Assembly (NCBI GenBank): GCA_025353085.1
Contig: JANXRI010000451.1
Span: forward strand, 1 to 36,048
Direction of reading: 5' to 3'
From: Betaproteobacteria bacterium
GTDB lineage: Bacteria; Pseudomonadota; Gammaproteobacteria; Burkholderiales; SG8-41
DNA: 36,048 bases
Both the position numbers and the translations under genes were made by a program. How positions within the stretch are numbered: position 1 is the first letter of the stretch; every line of letters begins with the position of its first letter. This document shows positions 19,625 through 28,928 of this stretch, piece by piece. The notes beneath the pieces were generated by a model. That model was not told the DNA's origin and searched no databases. It worked only from the letters and a program-made list of their open reading frames with translations.

Positions 19625-20152
19625 TTAACGCTCAGGTTTTTTTTCGCCGACGATCCGCATATCCCGCGGCTCCCGCAGCTTGAACTGGGCAGGTTCCTGC
19701 CGCAGATTTACAAGTCCCGCTTCATGCATGACTTCCCCGAGGCTCGCCGGCGAATAACCCCAGCGATGGTTCATCAACGGGTCCTTCCATGCTGGGTCGC
19801 CATAAAATACCCACATTGAACGTTGCCCTTCCTGACCCGGCCCAGTGGCGACATCGGGGTTGCGCAGCAGCTCCTGACAAGCTGAAATCAAGTTCGGGCA
19901 TTCGAGAATCATCATGCCGCCCGGCTTCATCACGCGCAGCCATTCCTTGAGAACGTCGACAACCTCCCAGCGCCAGAAATGCTCGACGACATGGACTGAG
20001 AGTATTTCGTCGATCGTGTCATCGTCGAACGGCGTAAGCCGATGCAAATCGCACAGCACATCGGGCTTATGGCCGCGCCGGCTGGCGGCGACATCGACAT
20101 TAACGTAGCCGGCAAGAATTTTGTCGCCGCAGCCGAGATTCAGCTTTCTCAA
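19625..20152 (-). CDS. Class I SAM-dependent methyltransferase (type 11-like)
   Basis: KLNLGCG...GYVNVD, HVVEHF, EWLRVMKPGG...ECPNL. Confidence 0.85.
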   Translation of the reverse strand: MRKLNLGCGDKILAGYVNVDVAASRRGHKPDVLCDLHRLTPFDDDTIDEILSVHVVEHFWRWEVVDVLKEWLRVMKPGGMMILECPNLISACQELLRNPDVATGPGQEGQRSMWVFYGDPAWKDPLMNHRWGYSPASLGEVMHEAGLVNLRQEPAQFKLREPRDMRIVGEKKPER

Positions 20153-20310
20153 GAACGTTTCCCCATTCCAGCGCTGTTAGCTCACAACAATAGCGGTATA
20201 TGTTACTTGATCGCGCCGGTATAGAATTCGCGTGCCGGTGAAAACAAGACATCTTTACAATCGCGCGCCGGGTCCGTGGATAATTTTCAGGCCGAACGCC
20301 GGATAGGTTT

Positions 20311-21321
20311 ATGAAGGCAGTCTGGATCGTGCCACAGCACGCGCTCAAAACCAATGCCGGCGGCACGGGATCGGACCTCGCGAGCATTCGCTATCGCGCA
20401 ATTATGCCGATGCAGGGCCTGATCGCGCGTGGGCACGACGCGTCGGTGATCGGACTTGATCGAAATTGCGCCGATAACGTGCGCAAGCACATTGCGGACG
20501 CCGACCACCTCGTGTTCATAAAGAATTACGCTGATCCCGTCTGCAGCGAAACAGTGCTCGAAGAGCAACGCGTTAACGGTATAAAGACATGGTTTGATCT
20601 TACCGATGACCGTTTCGAAGGCGCCGCCAGCGAGCATCTTCACCGCATGGTTTTGCTCGCCGACAATGTCATCACGGTATCGTCCGCGCTGCGGCAGATT
20701 ATTTTGCAACATACCGGCAAAGATTCCGTTATCGTCGGTGATCCCTTTGAGGGCCCGCGCGGGACGCCGACGTGGTCGCCGGATGGCGCGCGCCTTAAGA
20801 CGTTATGGTTCGGCTATGGATGGAACATTCCGGGCTTAATGAAGGCGTTGCCTTCATTATTGGAAGCCGCCCGGCAATTTCCGATGGATCTGCGCATCGT
20901 GACCGCGGGTGTCGAGGGCATCGAGCGCTATTGCGAGAAGTTCAATCGCAAAAATGGCGGCGCCTTGTCGCTTGTGTACGTGCCATGGTCCAGCGCCGAA
21001 ACATGGAACACGCTGGCCGCCACCGAGGTTGTGCTTATTCCAGCCTTGCAGGACGAGCCATAGACACTTGCAAAAAGTCCTAACCGGATCATTGAGGCAC
21101 TTTGGTCCGGCCGTTTCGTCATCGCTCATCCGATTCCTTCGTACCTGAAATTCAAGGACTGGGCGTGAATCGGCGCCGACCTGGCGGAAGGCGTCGCATG
21201 GACGATGAACAACCAGGATTCGATCGTTGCGCGTATCGGCGGCGCGCAGACTCATATTGAGTCGGCCTATTCCCCCGCCACGATCGCCTTGCGGCGGGAG
21301 CAGGTTTTCGAGAACGCTTGA
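20311..21321 (+). pseudogene. Glycosyltransferase-like gene with two in-frame stops
   Basis: ASIRYRA N-terminus, DLTDD, WFG motif. The frame continues past TAG (21061) as TLAKSPNRIIEALWSGRFVIAHPIPSY (GT-B-type motif), and past TGA (21166) to a natural end at 21321. Confidence 0.75.
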
Positions 21322-21901
21322 CCCCATACATTTTCTGACGCCACTGACTGACCGGTCCCGGTTGGGCGACGTTTAAAACGCGCCCTGTTTAAAAGTCAGA
21401 CTTCGCCTGCAGTGTGGTTTCCCGTCCATATTTCCCCGCCGGGTTCTTATTTGAGTTATGCCTTAGATATTTATCTGGACGCCCGACCCTCGGATTTTGG
21501 TCATCTATTCGTCATAATGATGGACCGGCACCACTTAAGTTCATGCCGAACAGCACAGGTAACGCGATGTATTCCGCGGGATATGCATCCAGCATCCGAA
21601 CGATCCGCAGTGCCAGCGACCTTAATGTGTTGTAGGCCACTCCAGGACGAATGGCGTGCGTACTCCGGTTTATATATGCCAATGCGTTTGGCATTCTTCG
21701 AGGAAAAATTACAAAAATCCATTCGTTCGATTCTGGATCACGCAATCTCAGAACACACACACACGTTCACCAAACCGAATCGATCGATCACCGCCACCGG
21801 GTACAACAAATCAAATTGGAATAGTGGTGGCTTCCAATCGATTTGGAAGAGGAGTCCATACACACGAACATTCGTCAGTGATTTCAAGACTCTCGGCGGC
21901 G

Positions 21902-22519
21902 TCACTTTGATTGCAGGAACTCGGCGACCGCTTTCATATCGGTAAGCTTCAATTCCGTGATCAACCCATGCATCACCGACGACTTGCGTAAATTGGTCTG
22001 GATAACCTGTAACTGTCTGACGACGTACGCCGCATGCTGTCCGGCCAGGCGTGGAAATATTGTGTTGCCCTCGGCATTGGCGCCATGGCAACTGACACAG
22101 GCCGTGATCTTTCTTGAGTCGTCGCCATTTTCGAATAAGTGCTTGCCCTGTGCGATGAGGGCGGGATCGCCGGGCTTGCCCGTCGCCGGCGTCTGCGATG
22201 AATAGTAGCCGGCCAATCCATCGACTAAAGCCTCATCCAATGTCGCGGCAATTCCCCACATATAGTCGTGGGCCTCGGGGTCGCTGCGGCTTTTGTCCTT
22301 GAGAGCCCTGAGTTGTGCGGATAGATACATCTTCTGCTGCCCGGCGAGTTTGGGAAATGTCGGTGATATGCTATTGCCCGCCGGACCGTGGCACGAAGAA
22401 CACAAATTGACCGCGACTTTGGCGGCGGCATTGTTGATCGCTTCTGATGATTCGGCCGCTAGTGCGGCACTCGAACTTAACGCCAGCGCCAATCCAACTG
22501 TTGTTGCAATACGCTTCAT
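21902..22519 (-). CDS. Periplasmic diheme c4-type cytochrome (Cyc1-like; start 22519)
   Basis: Signal peptide MKRIATTVGLALALSSSAALA, CSSCH and CVSCH each followed by FP.LAGQ, Met ligand candidates YMWG and VMHG; directly downstream of the cytochrome-porin. Confidence 0.88.
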   Translation of the reverse strand: MKRIATTVGLALALSSSAALAAESSEAINNAAAKVAVNLCSSCHGPAGNSISPTFPKLAGQQKMYLSAQLRALKDKSRSDPEAHDYMWGIAATLDEALVDGLAGYYSSQTPATGKPGDPALIAQGKHLFENGDDSRKITACVSCHGANAEGNTIFPRLAGQHAAYVVRQLQVIQTNLRKSSVMHGLITELKLTDMKAVAEFLQSK

Positions 22520-22593
22520 CGCCACGCCCCCATTCTTTTTAGCGGTTGGTTGCACTGAAGCGATGCTGGTTTTATAAACCGTGATTGCGCGCA

Positions 22594-23997
22594 TCAAAAT
22601 GCCACCCACACATTTGCAAACAGCAGATTATTGTCGCGTGCACTTCGCGTGCCGACGCCGTCGTAGGCGGTGCCCCCACCGTTGAACTTCGTGAATCCCG
22701 TGTACTGGAGCATTAGTCGCACATTCTGAATCGGCAGATAATTCAGTTCCACGATGTAGCCGGTGCTGTTGGGACTCCCGTTCGCGCTGCCGGTGACAGC
22801 CGCAGGAGCGTAAAGCCCCGCATCGGCGCTTCCCGTCGTGTTGAAATACGCCACGGTTGCGCCATACTTGCGCTGATAATAGTACGTGCCCTTGACCTTG
22901 AATGTTTGCAGGTTGTTCGTGGCATTGATAGGAACCGGGCCGGCACCAATTCCGCCCGCCGGGAAGCTCGCTTTGTAATCCTGCTTTTCCCAGATATAAG
23001 CGGCCTGCGCGGTGTATGTGTGTACCCCCGACACCGACTGAAATTGGGCATCCACCGCGTAATCCGTGTACTGGTCGGTCGGCGTACTGGGCATTGAATT
23101 ATCGGGATACCGGTTCACGCGCAGGCCGTAGGTGCCTACCATGACCGAGTTCGGCCCCCATTCATGGTTCCATGCGAGACGCCAGTACGGGTTATAGCCT
23201 CGGAGGCGCGCGACGGCGCCAGGAGTCGCGGTGTCCTGTCCAGCGCGGAAGAACGAGAATGCTCCGTCGGCCGTACGATAGAACGATAGCTCCGCGTAAA
23301 TGGATTTTTTCAAAAAAATGTAGCCCCCCATTCCGGCGACCTGCTGGGCGAGCGTGTTGTCTACCTGGGTCTTCGCGGCAGGGTTTACAGCGAACGGCGA
23401 GGCGGTGTATGGGAAACCAAATGCCGACGTGCTGTTCCAAACGTCCTGCACCGTTGGATTGTTGTGCACGGTCAACCCGTAGATTAGTTCGGGCTCCTGT
23501 GAACCGGAGCCGGCATATTTGCCAACAAGACGTATGTCGCTATTGTCGAGCCCCGAGTGTCCTTTGAGGGAGGTGATCCCGTTCGCATCCGTGGAAGAAG
23601 AAACATTGTTGTAGGTGTATTGAACAAATCCGCCGAGATAATCCGTCGCTTTTCCCGCGACGAACAGACTTGCCGCGCTGAATACCGCATCGTTATTTCG
23701 GTTGTTTATGACTGATGCGCCTGAGCCAGTGCCGTCGTCGTTATTGCGGATGGAGTTATACGAAGCCTGCGCCATTACCGCGACCGGAAATAGCTGGCGA
23801 TCGCCTATCGTATATCCGGTTAGTTTGAAATAGCGGCCATACGCGGTAAGTTCCGGGAAACTAATGTGGCATGCGACACATGCCTGGCCGGTCTGTCGAG
23901 CATAGCTGGGGACGGCATGTGCATGTGGCAAAGCTACAAGTAGTAGCACGCCCGAGCACAACGCTTTCAATGGCAGAAATGGCTCTATCGATCGCAT
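22594..23997 (-). CDS. cyc2: Cyc2-type fused monoheme cytochrome-porin (outer-membrane electron conduit, putative Fe(II) oxidase)
   Basis: AGGAGG RBS; signal peptide ending AHA; AVPSYARQTGQACVACHISFPELTAYGRYFKLTGYT is the Cyc2 N-terminal signature; rest is Gly/Tyr/Asn-rich amphipathic beta-strands ending in Phe. Confidence 0.85.
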   Translation of the reverse strand: MRSIEPFLPLKALCSGVLLLVALPHAHAVPSYARQTGQACVACHISFPELTAYGRYFKLTGYTIGDRQLFPVAVMAQASYNSIRNNDDGTGSGASVINNRNNDAVFSAASLFVAGKATDYLGGFVQYTYNNVSSSTDANGITSLKGHSGLDNSDIRLVGKYAGSGSQEPELIYGLTVHNNPTVQDVWNSTSAFGFPYTASPFAVNPAAKTQVDNTLAQQVAGMGGYIFLKKSIYAELSFYRTADGAFSFFRAGQDTATPGAVARLRGYNPYWRLAWNHEWGPNSVMVGTYGLRVNRYPDNSMPSTPTDQYTDYAVDAQFQSVSGVHTYTAQAAYIWEKQDYKASFPAGGIGAGPVPINATNNLQTFKVKGTYYYQRKYGATVAYFNTTGSADAGLYAPAAVTGSANGSPNSTGYIVELNYLPIQNVRLMLQYTGFTKFNGGGTAYDGVGTRSARDNNLLFANVWVAF

Positions 23998-24148
23998 GAC
24001 TAAACCTCCTTGTTATTCCACCATATCTCGCTGTGGGCCACCGTACTACATTCCCTTAAAGACGATGTCACAGACTCCCTATGCGTTAGCGGACAGAGCG
24101 TGGCTTAAATTAAGTTTGACAATTGTGCAGTCCGCTCGACGAGTACGT

Positions 24149-24162
24149 TTGATCTAGATCAA
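24149..24162 (-). promoter_or_regulatory. FNR/ANR/DNR-family binding site upstream of cyc2
   Basis: TTGATCTAGATCAA is a perfect TTGAT-N4-ATCAA. Minus-strand -10-like CACAAT at 24127-24122 puts the site centre near -41 (class II geometry). Confidence 0.8.
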
Positions 24163-24404
24163 TTCAACTCGAATTAGACCGCTCACAAGGGCGGGGCTTG
24201 ATGAAGTAAAAACCGAGGGTTATTCAGAGTAATCGCGCCGCCGGGAGTCTTGGGATCACTGACCTATGAGCCAGTAGATTCACCCGAACTCGATATACCG
24301 CCGATGCGGCACCTTTGCTCTGCTGATTTGCATTCCCTCGATCCGCCGTTAACATATCGATTTCTTGGTGTATGTGAAACGGAGGCAGAATCATTGCGGC
24401 TTCC

Positions 24405-25088
24405 AAGCTCACGCCAGCCCGGAAGGACCGGATAGTCCGTGCGCTTCAGTCGCGCGGCCACGTGGTCGGCTTTCTCGGCGACGGCATTAACGACTCGCCA
24501 GCTTTGCGCACGGCGGACATCGGTATTTCCGTAGATACCGCGGTCGACATTGCGAAGGAGTCGGCCGACATAATTTTGCTTGAAAAAAGCCTGATGGTGC
24601 TCGAGGAGGGCGTGCTTGAAGGCCGCAGAACGTTCGGCAACATTTCAAAATATATCAGGATGGCGGCGAGTTCGAATTTCGGCAACATGTTCAGCATCTT
24701 GGGCGCGAGCGCATTTCTGCCTTTCCTCCCGATGCTTCCGCTACAGATTCTGCTTCAGAACTTGCTCTATGACATTTCGCAGATCGCCATTCCCTTCGAT
24801 GACGTAGACAAGGAATACACCGAGAAGCCGCGCAAATGGGTGATCGGCAGTCTGGCTCGTTTCATGATCTGTATCGGCCCGGTCAGTTCCATCTTTGATT
24901 ATGTGACGTTCGCGATGATGTGGTTTGTGTTCTCGGCGCAAGTCCCCACCTCACAATCCCTCTTTCAATCGGGCTGGTTTATCGAAGGGCTACTGTCGCA
25001 GACGCTAATCGTTTATATCATCCGCACGGCAAAAATTCCGTTTATTCAGAGCCGGGCCGCCCTGCCTTTATTGTTGACGACGGCTGCC
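24405..25088 (+). pseudogene. mgtA: Internal fragment of Mg2+-translocating P-type ATPase (MgtA/MgtB)
   Basis: [69 protein letters not shown]; lacks the N-terminal two thirds and the final TM helices. Confidence 0.88.
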
Positions 25089-26239
25089 ACGGTAAGTTCG
25101 GAGTTCTCCAGTCGACCAATAGGGAACCATACCTTGTAACGTTGACTAAAAACGCGTCACTTCCAATGGTTCTGCGTAAGCGCATGGCTTTGTTGGCGCG
25201 GGGTTCGACTCTTTCAGAGAGCGATGGGATGGGTTTTAAGGCTGTATTAACGGAACGGGAGGATTGTAAAGATCGTTATAGCGATAGCGATGTATTAACA
25301 ATATCGAATGACTACGATTACTTAAGCGAGGGTGACATCATCCGGTTAGACCCCGTTACAGGTTCAATGCGGTCTCTTTTCAGAAGGAACTCACTTCACA
25401 ATACGATCCTGCTAACGGAGCAATGCAATCACTATTGTTTGATGTGTTCACAGCCTCCGAAGCGAGCAGACGATTCGTGGCTATTAAAGGAAGCGTTTGA
25501 GCTAGTAGATTTAATACCTCGAGACACTCAAGCAATCGGATTTAGCGGCGGGGAGCCGACATTGTACGGCGACAAACTGATAGAGCTATTGGCCCATGTT
25601 AAAAGAAACTTACCAAACACCGCTGTCGATATTCTTTCCAACGGGCGCACTTTCAAGGACTTTGAGTTTGCCAAGAAATATGCCGCCGTCTGTCATCCTG
25701 ACATTCTGGTTGGAATACCGATTTACTCTGATGACCCGGTTCGCCACGATTATGTCGTTCAAAGCAAGGGGGCATTTGACGAAACAGTTCGAGGTATTCT
25801 TAATCTAAAAAGAGTTCAACAGAAGGTGGAGATCAGAGTCGTTATTCATAAGCAAACGATAGATCGACTTGTTAAGACATGCGAATTCATCGCTCGAAAC
25901 CTATTGTTTGTCGATCACGTCGCCTTAATGGGGTTGGAAATCACCGGGTTCACTAGAGCAAATCTGGATGACCTTTGGATTGATCCATACGAATACAAGG
26001 ACGTACTCAGTGAAGCAGTTTCATTGCTAAACAGCTACGGAATGACATCGTCCGTGTACAACCACCAGCTATGCACTGTAAATTCTGACGTGTTGGGAAA
26101 TTACAGAAAATCAATTAGTGATTGGAAGAATGAATATCTTGAGGAATGTGCGTCGTGCACAAAATTCGTCGAATGTGGCGGGTTGTTTTCCTTGGCAAAA
26201 ATGTACAAACATAGCCAATACATAAGAGCATTTACCTAG
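25088..26239 (+). CDS. hxsC: His-Xaa-Ser system radical SAM maturase HxsC, native start apparently lost (internal ATGs at 25166 and 25184)
   Basis: [17 protein letters not shown] (CxxxCxxC), [51 protein letters not shown]....CGG; visibly AT-rich. Confidence 0.8.
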   Translation, partial: HGKFGVLQSTNREPYLVTLTKNASLPMVLRKRMALLARGSTLSESDGMGFKAVLTEREDCKDRYSDSDVLTISNDYDYLSEGDIIRLDPVTGSMRSLFRRNSLHNTILLTEQCNHYCLMCSQPPKRADDSWLLKEAFELVDLIPRDTQAIGFSGGEPTLYGDKLIELLAHVKRNLPNTAVDILSNGRTFKDFEFAKKYAAVCHPDILVGIPIYSDDPVRHDYVVQSKGAFDETVRGILNLKRVQQKVEIRVVIHKQTIDRLVKTCEFIARNLLFVDHVALMGLEITGFTRANLDDLWIDPYEYKDVLSEAVSLLNSYGMTSSVYNHQLCTVNSDVLGNYRKSISDWKNEYLEECASCTKFVECGGLFSLAKMYKHSQYIRAFT

Positions 26240-26542
26240 ATGTCCTGCTGAATGTTAGTAGCAGTTTGACGCCGGGTGGTCATTTACACAATGCCGATGT
26301 GTTGCAATCCGAATTGAAGAAGACCGCAATAGCTGTGTCGTCAACGACTCAATTCAGTAAAAATCAGCACGCTTCCCCAAGCACACCATCCAAATTTACT
26401 GAGGGCAGACTAGTAGTTCCCCGTGCAGGGTCATCAGACACTTCAGTAAAAGTCACCGCTCTCCACCCATATACATCTTTTACTGAACCCAAACAGTCTG
26501 TTGGAGGCAGGTCCGGTAGTAGCGTAAAATCGCCGCCAGTCC

Positions 26543-26616
26543 GCGGGTGTAGTTCAATGGCAGAACGGCAGCTTCCCAAGCTGCATACGAGGGTTCGATT
26601 CCCTTCACCCGCTCCA
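26543..26616 (+). tRNA. tRNA-Gly (anticodon CCC)
   Basis: GCGGGTG/CACCCGC acceptor stem, anticodon arm GCAGC-TTCCCAA-GCTGC, GGTTCGATTCC T-arm, encoded CCA; TAAAAT -10 and GC-rich discriminator upstream. Confidence 0.97.
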
Positions 26617-26656
26617 TTTGAATCGCGCGCGTCATCAACCAGACGGGGTCTGCGCC

Positions 26657-28894
26657 ATGAATAAAATCGTTAAATTTGTCGTCTTGCCGCTAGCCGCTTT
26701 GATTGTCGTCGTCGTGGCCATCGGCGCGTATGTCGCAGCGACTTTCGACCCGAACGAGTACAAAGCGCAGATCGTGCAGGCGGTAAAGGACAAAACCAAG
26801 CGCACCTTGCGGCTCGATGGCGACATCAAGCTGTCGCTGTTTCCGAGCATAGGCGCCAGGGTCGGCAAGGCGTCGCTGTCGGAATACGGCAAAGACCAGG
26901 AATTCGCGAGCGTCGATGAAATGCGCGTCTCGCTGAAGGTCATGCCGCTACTGTCTAAAGAGCTGATCATCGACGCGATCGAGATTAAAAACCTGCGCGC
27001 GAACCTGGTCCGCGGCAAAGACGGCAAACTGAACGTTGACGACCTGACGGGTAGCGACAAGCCGGCGCCGACCGCAAAAACCGAGACGTCGCCCGTTAAA
27101 ATCGATATCGACCACGTGACACTGGACAACGCGACGGTGTCTTATGTCGACCAAGCGGCCGGCACCAAGTACGCGCTGTCGAAGGTAAACCTTAAGACCG
27201 GCCGCATTGCGAACGGCGTGCCGGGCAAAATTGATCTCGCGTTTAACGCGCAAAGCGAAAAACCGAAGCTTAATCTCGACGCTGCGCTCAAAACCTCGCT
27301 TATGTTCAATCTGGACCAGCAGCATTACGTGCTCGACGGATTGGATTTCAACGCCAATGGTACGGCAGCCGGAATCAATAACCTGGCCGCGACCGTCAAG
27401 GGCGACATCGACGCCAAGCCGGCGACCAAGGAACTCGTGGTATCGAAACTTGCGGTTGCAGCGACCGGCAAACCGGCAGGCGGCGGCGACCTTAACGTGA
27501 AGTTCGACGCGCCCAAACTCAATGTGACCAAAGATAAAGTGAATGGCGAGAAAATTGTGCTCGATGCGACTATGTCCGACGCCAAGGGCAAGACCCTGGT
27601 CAAGCTTGAGATCCCAAGCTTGGACGGCACCGCCAAGGCGTTCACCGCTGCGAGCATGACGTTGAATATCGAAACGCAAAGCGATGGTGCGACGATGAAG
27701 GCCAAAGTCACGAGCCCGCTGACGGGCAGCGTCGATGCGGAAAAAATTGAGCTTGCCAAATTGACGGCGACCGTCAATGTCAACAACCCCAAGTTGCCGA
27801 AGAACCCGATTGATGCAACGGTCACCGGCTCAGCAGCGGTAGATCTGGTCAAGCAGAATGCGAACTTTGTTTTCGCCACTAAATTCGACGATAGCAATAT
27901 CAACGGCAAAGCGGGGTTGACCAAATTTACGCCGCCGTTTTACACGTTCGATATTAATATCGATCAGCTCGATGCAGATCGTTATCTGCCCAAATCGGAC
28001 CCCAAGCAGAAACAACCCGAGCAGCCGATCGACCTCGCCTCGTTAAAAGGCTTAAACGCCAACGGCACCATCAAAATCGGCACGCTAAAAGTGGCGAACG
28101 TCAAAGCAGCGAATGTGCGCGTTGAAGTGAAAGCGGCGAACGGCCGGGTCGACGTCAGTCCGATCGCCGCCAACCTCTATCAAGGTACGCTCGCCGGAGC
28201 GCTGTCGGTGCAGTCCGGAGCGACGCCGGTCATCGCCGTCAAGCAAACGCTTACCGGCATTAATGTCGGCCCAATGCTGAAAGATGCGGCGAACTTCGAT
28301 TCGCTTGAAGGCAAAGGCAATTTGTCGCTCGATGTGAGCGGACAGGGACACACTGTGTCGGCGATCAAAAAAGCGCTGAGCGGCAACGCCGCGATCAGGC
28401 TCACCGATGGTGCAATCAAGGGTATCAACATTGCCGGATCAATCCGCGATGCGAAGTCGAAACTGGGTGCGTTGAAAGGCGAGAAGTCGCAGGCCGCCAG
28501 CCAGACCGAGAAAACCGACTTCTCGGAATTAACCGGCACCTTCAATATCAAGAACGGCGTTGCGCACAATAACGACCTCGCCGGAAAATCGCCATTGCTC
28601 CGGCTCGGCGGCGATGGCGACATCGACCTCGGCAATGAAAATCTTAACTACCTGGTCAAGGCGACAGTGGTCGCGACGGCGGCAGGCCAGGGCGGCCGGG
28701 AGCTCGCGGAATTGAAAGGGCTGACGGTGCCGGTCAAGCTGACGGGGCCGTTTTCTGCGCCTCAGTACCAAATCGATTTCAGCGGTATTGCGGCGAGTGC
28801 GGCGCAAGCGGTCGTCGAAAGCAAGAAGGAAGAGATCAAGGCCAAGGTGCAGGATCAGCTGCAGGACAAACTCAAGGGGCTGTTTGGGCGCTAA
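26657..28894 (+). CDS. asmA: AsmA family protein (start 26657)
   Basis: N-terminal TM, FDPNEYKAQI..AVKDKTKRTL.LDGDIKLSLFP, C-terminal TDFSELTGTF.IKNGVAHNNDL; asmA-mutY synteny. Confidence 0.88.
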   Translation: MNKIVKFVVLPLAALIVVVVAIGAYVAATFDPNEYKAQIVQAVKDKTKRTLRLDGDIKLSLFPSIGARVGKASLSEYGKDQEFASVDEMRVSLKVMPLLSKELIIDAIEIKNLRANLVRGKDGKLNVDDLTGSDKPAPTAKTETSPVKIDIDHVTLDNATVSYVDQAAGTKYALSKVNLKTGRIANGVPGKIDLAFNAQSEKPKLNLDAALKTSLMFNLDQQHYVLDGLDFNANGTAAGINNLAATVKGDIDAKPATKELVVSKLAVAATGKPAGGGDLNVKFDAPKLNVTKDKVNGEKIVLDATMSDAKGKTLVKLEIPSLDGTAKAFTAASMTLNIETQSDGATMKAKVTSPLTGSVDAEKIELAKLTATVNVNNPKLPKNPIDATVTGSAAVDLVKQNANFVFATKFDDSNINGKAGLTKFTPPFYTFDINIDQLDADRYLPKSDPKQKQPEQPIDLASLKGLNANGTIKIGTLKVANVKAANVRVEVKAANGRVDVSPIAANLYQGTLAGALSVQSGATPVIAVKQTLTGINVGPMLKDAANFDSLEGKGNLSLDVSGQGHTVSAIKKALSGNAAIRLTDGAIKGINIAGSIRDAKSKLGALKGEKSQAASQTEKTDFSELTGTFNIKNGVAHNNDLAGKSPLLRLGGDGDIDLGNENLNYLVKATVVATAAGQGGRELAELKGLTVPVKLTGPFSAPQYQIDFSGIAASAAQAVVESKKEEIKAKVQDQLQDKLKGLFGR

Positions 28895-28928
28895 GGTCAG
28901 ACCCAAGGCCCGCCCGCGCGCAGCAGCC

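Noticed and set aside
21061-21168. Pyrrolysine/selenocysteine recoding or an alternative genetic code
   Set aside because: Both stops fit mutated Trp codons, and TAG and TGA terminate ordinary genes elsewhere in the window.
21412-21945. 177-aa plus-strand ORF
   Set aside because: No recognisable motif or RBS, overlaps the cytochrome 3' end, atypical composition; probably spurious.
24920-26239. 439-aa ORF as one protein starting at 24920
   Set aside because: The first ~56 codons are an alternative frame of the mgtA fragment; HxsC-like sequence starts near 25088.
21325-26540. Intact integrative element or prophage at tRNA-Gly; HxsA precursor
   Set aside because: No integrase, phage genes, att duplication or HxS-repeat ORF found by eye.
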